DNA of 64,000 nt from Octopus bimaculoides (lineage: Eukaryota). The stretch covers positions 19,223,260 through 19,287,259 of the forward strand of contig NC_069005.1 of assembly GCF_001194135.2 (NCBI RefSeq). The letters are read 5' to 3'. Position 1 is the stretch's first letter. The number at the start of each line of letters is the position of its first letter. A program made the position numbers and the translations under genes. The notes below the pieces were generated by a model. The model made no database searches and was not told where the DNA came from. It saw only the letters and a list, made by a program, of their open reading frames with translations. Below are positions 61,954-64,000 of this stretch, piece after piece.

Positions 61954-64000
61954 ATGTGAACAAAAAATCGACAACTGACTCTGCATCAGAAAAAGAGGAT
62001 TTAAACGGTAACTCATTGGTCATCAGCAAGATACAATCAAACACAACTACTGATGCTGGACGAAATCAAGAGTTACAAACAGAGGGAATGGGGAAAGAAC
62101 TGGACCAGAAGAGCTGCAAGCCAGCTGATTCGCAAGACTCTACACAGAAGTCTCGCAAGGGCCGCAAAGGTCCTATAGTCTATGCTGAAGATATTCCAGA
62201 TTATAGAGGAAAAGAGAAAATAGAGGATCTCTTGAACTTCATTGGGAAAAGCCCAAACAATGACACTTTAAGCAAGGACAAAAAAAAGAAAAGTAAGAAA
62301 AAAAGCCTCCATGGCCGTCCTTGCCGTTCGAGTGCAGAAAATAAGGATGAAAAAATCGAATTGTTGGAGTCTGATTCAACAGATCTTTATCCAACCAAAT
62401 CTTTGGATAAAGCATGTTGCAACTGCAATAACTCTGAGATTGATGACTGCCTCGGTGATGACAATGGTCAGGCTGATAATAGCATTGTTCTGAATCCGGA
62501 ATATTCCTCTCCTAATTCTGCTGAACCCTTTATTCTTGTGGAGAAGAAAAGCAAGAAACGGTTGAATGCAAACCTGAACCGACCGAATAAATTTGCGCCC
62601 AAGTCCCCCTACCGAAACCGAAAGCTAAGCTCGTCAGTCATGCATCCCCACCAGCCTCAGCACTTCCACTGTAATGAAAAAACTGAATTAGACTCTTCAT
62701 ATTCTGATTTAGAAGGTTCCTATAAAGCACGTCGCAACTCAACTGGCAACGTCCACATGCAGATGTCTACGGTGCAAAGTATAACTACAGAGGATAGTGA
62801 CAATGAAAGTTGGACATCTTTACCGATTTCTCAGGTTTCTCAGGGAATCCAATTAATAAATGAAAATAGTTACCCAATTTCCTATGCGAAGATAGCTGCT
62901 CTGAGCTTGCCTTTGTCAAACTCTCAGTCATTGAATCGTAGTGTCCCATGTTCTGTGTCTAAAACTGGAGAAAATGTTCCTGGGTGCAAAGAGACTAGTG
63001 CTGTTGTTAAAACCAACAGCGTCAGTGTAATTAAAGACAATCAAGTTAGGCGTACCTCAAATGGCAATGAGCAGAGTTGTTGTGGAAGTGACATCAGCAC
63101 TGAGAATAGTGATAATAGTGCTAATTATTTATTGAAAGACAATGATAATTATTTAGACAGGAGGCATTCGGTTGGGGAGTGCATAGCTAACGGTACTTCA
63201 GTGAAAGAGCCCAAGGCTACGACCTCCACTCCAAAGAACCTACATCATAACAAGGGCCAAAAAGAAAATAAAAACGAGACCAAGGAACAAGATATTTCAT
63301 TTTGTGATCATAAAACATCATCTATATATAAAAATATAGTTTCTGGTCTGTGTCTTAGCTCAACAGAAAACGGGGAGGAGAATTTTAATTTGTCACTTAA
63401 TAATCTAAATAAAGCCAAGAACTTTAATAAAAGCAAACTAGTTTCTCATCACTCCCTTGTACAACAACAGCAGCACCAACAACAACCACCACAGCAGTGT
63501 AATATTTACGTTAATAACAGTAATACAAAATGTAATATGACAGATATTCTTGCTGTGAAATTTATCAATCCAAGAGATAAAAAGCACAATGACAAACAAT
63601 ATAAGGTAACTTTTGGTTTTTTCTATGATCCAGACAATAAAAATGGTAGAAATATGACTGGAAATGACACCATTGTTGATAGTAGTAGCTGTCCTCTCTC
63701 TTCAGAACTTCCTACTTCATTGCCTGCTGAGCCCTTTTTGCCCAAGCAGGTATCAAACGATAAAGATGAAGACCACAAGAAGTTAGAGGACAGAGCTGCA
63801 AAACCTGGGTGTAAAGAAGGCAACGGTGTTTTGAAATCATCTCATAATAATAAAATAAATCCTGGTGATGAGGTTACGGGCAAAATCCCTCAACTTCCTG
63901 AGGCAAACTGTGATTCAACTGAGAAGACTGTAAAAAATACTGAAGCTGTCAAATGTGTTAGCAAATTAAATGGAGTTGTTCTTCCCACCAACACAAATTC
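61954..64000 (+). CDS. Large coding exon (partial, runs off the window) of an uncharacterised low-complexity, probably disordered protein
   Basis: Acceptor tttttattttttgttgttgcag|AT at 61953/61954. The frame with codons from 61956 is open for 681 codons to the window end: (D)VNKKSTTDSASEKEDLNGNS...KGRKGPIVYAEDIPDYRGKEKIEDLLNFIGKS...EPFILVEKKSKKR...PISYAKIAAL...QQQQHQQQPPQQ...SKLNGVVLPTNTN. First in-frame ATG is at 62088 (GGAATGG). No interspersed repeats. No family recognised. Confidence 0.92.

Noticed and set aside
62311-62493. 60-aa + ORF and 63623-63823 minus ORF
   Set aside because: Out-of-frame or antisense shadows of the large exon
1-64000. CRISPR arrays, rRNA, prokaryotic operons
   Set aside because: No regularly spaced repeat-spacer array or prokaryotic gene organisation; the sequence is eukaryotic

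Overview
AT-rich, microsatellite- and retroposon-dense animal genomic DNA from a short-read scaffold with five N-gaps. The repeat families look like those of Octopus (my recognition, not verified). Most of the window reads as intronic or intergenic. The only solid coding region is a large (>2 kb) + strand exon from 61954 to the window end. It is missing from the ORF track because it has no stop codon before the edge, and it encodes an unrecognised low-complexity, Lys/Ser/Asn-rich protein. A CpG-retaining, promoter-like island lies at ~20.3-24.6 kb. Mobile elements: two RTE-clade LINE 3' fragments plus an internally deleted one, a decayed mariner with TIRs and TA TSD, a decayed Helitron, hAT-type and TTAA/piggyBac-type MITEs, and many tRNA-derived SINEs, some sharing the RTE 3' tail. 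Most unusual: (1) a tRNA-headed SINE carrying a Penelope-type minimal hammerhead ribozyme motif and a 5' inverted duplication (40128-40420); (2) a 172-nt hairpin with a candidate 47-nt exon, whose acceptor is buried in the stem and whose perfect donor is in the loop (41727-41898); (3) further long fold-backs at 32.7, 38.8, 47.9-48.4 and 61.75 kb in the probable pre-mRNA of the + strand gene. SINE and MITE boundaries are approximate.
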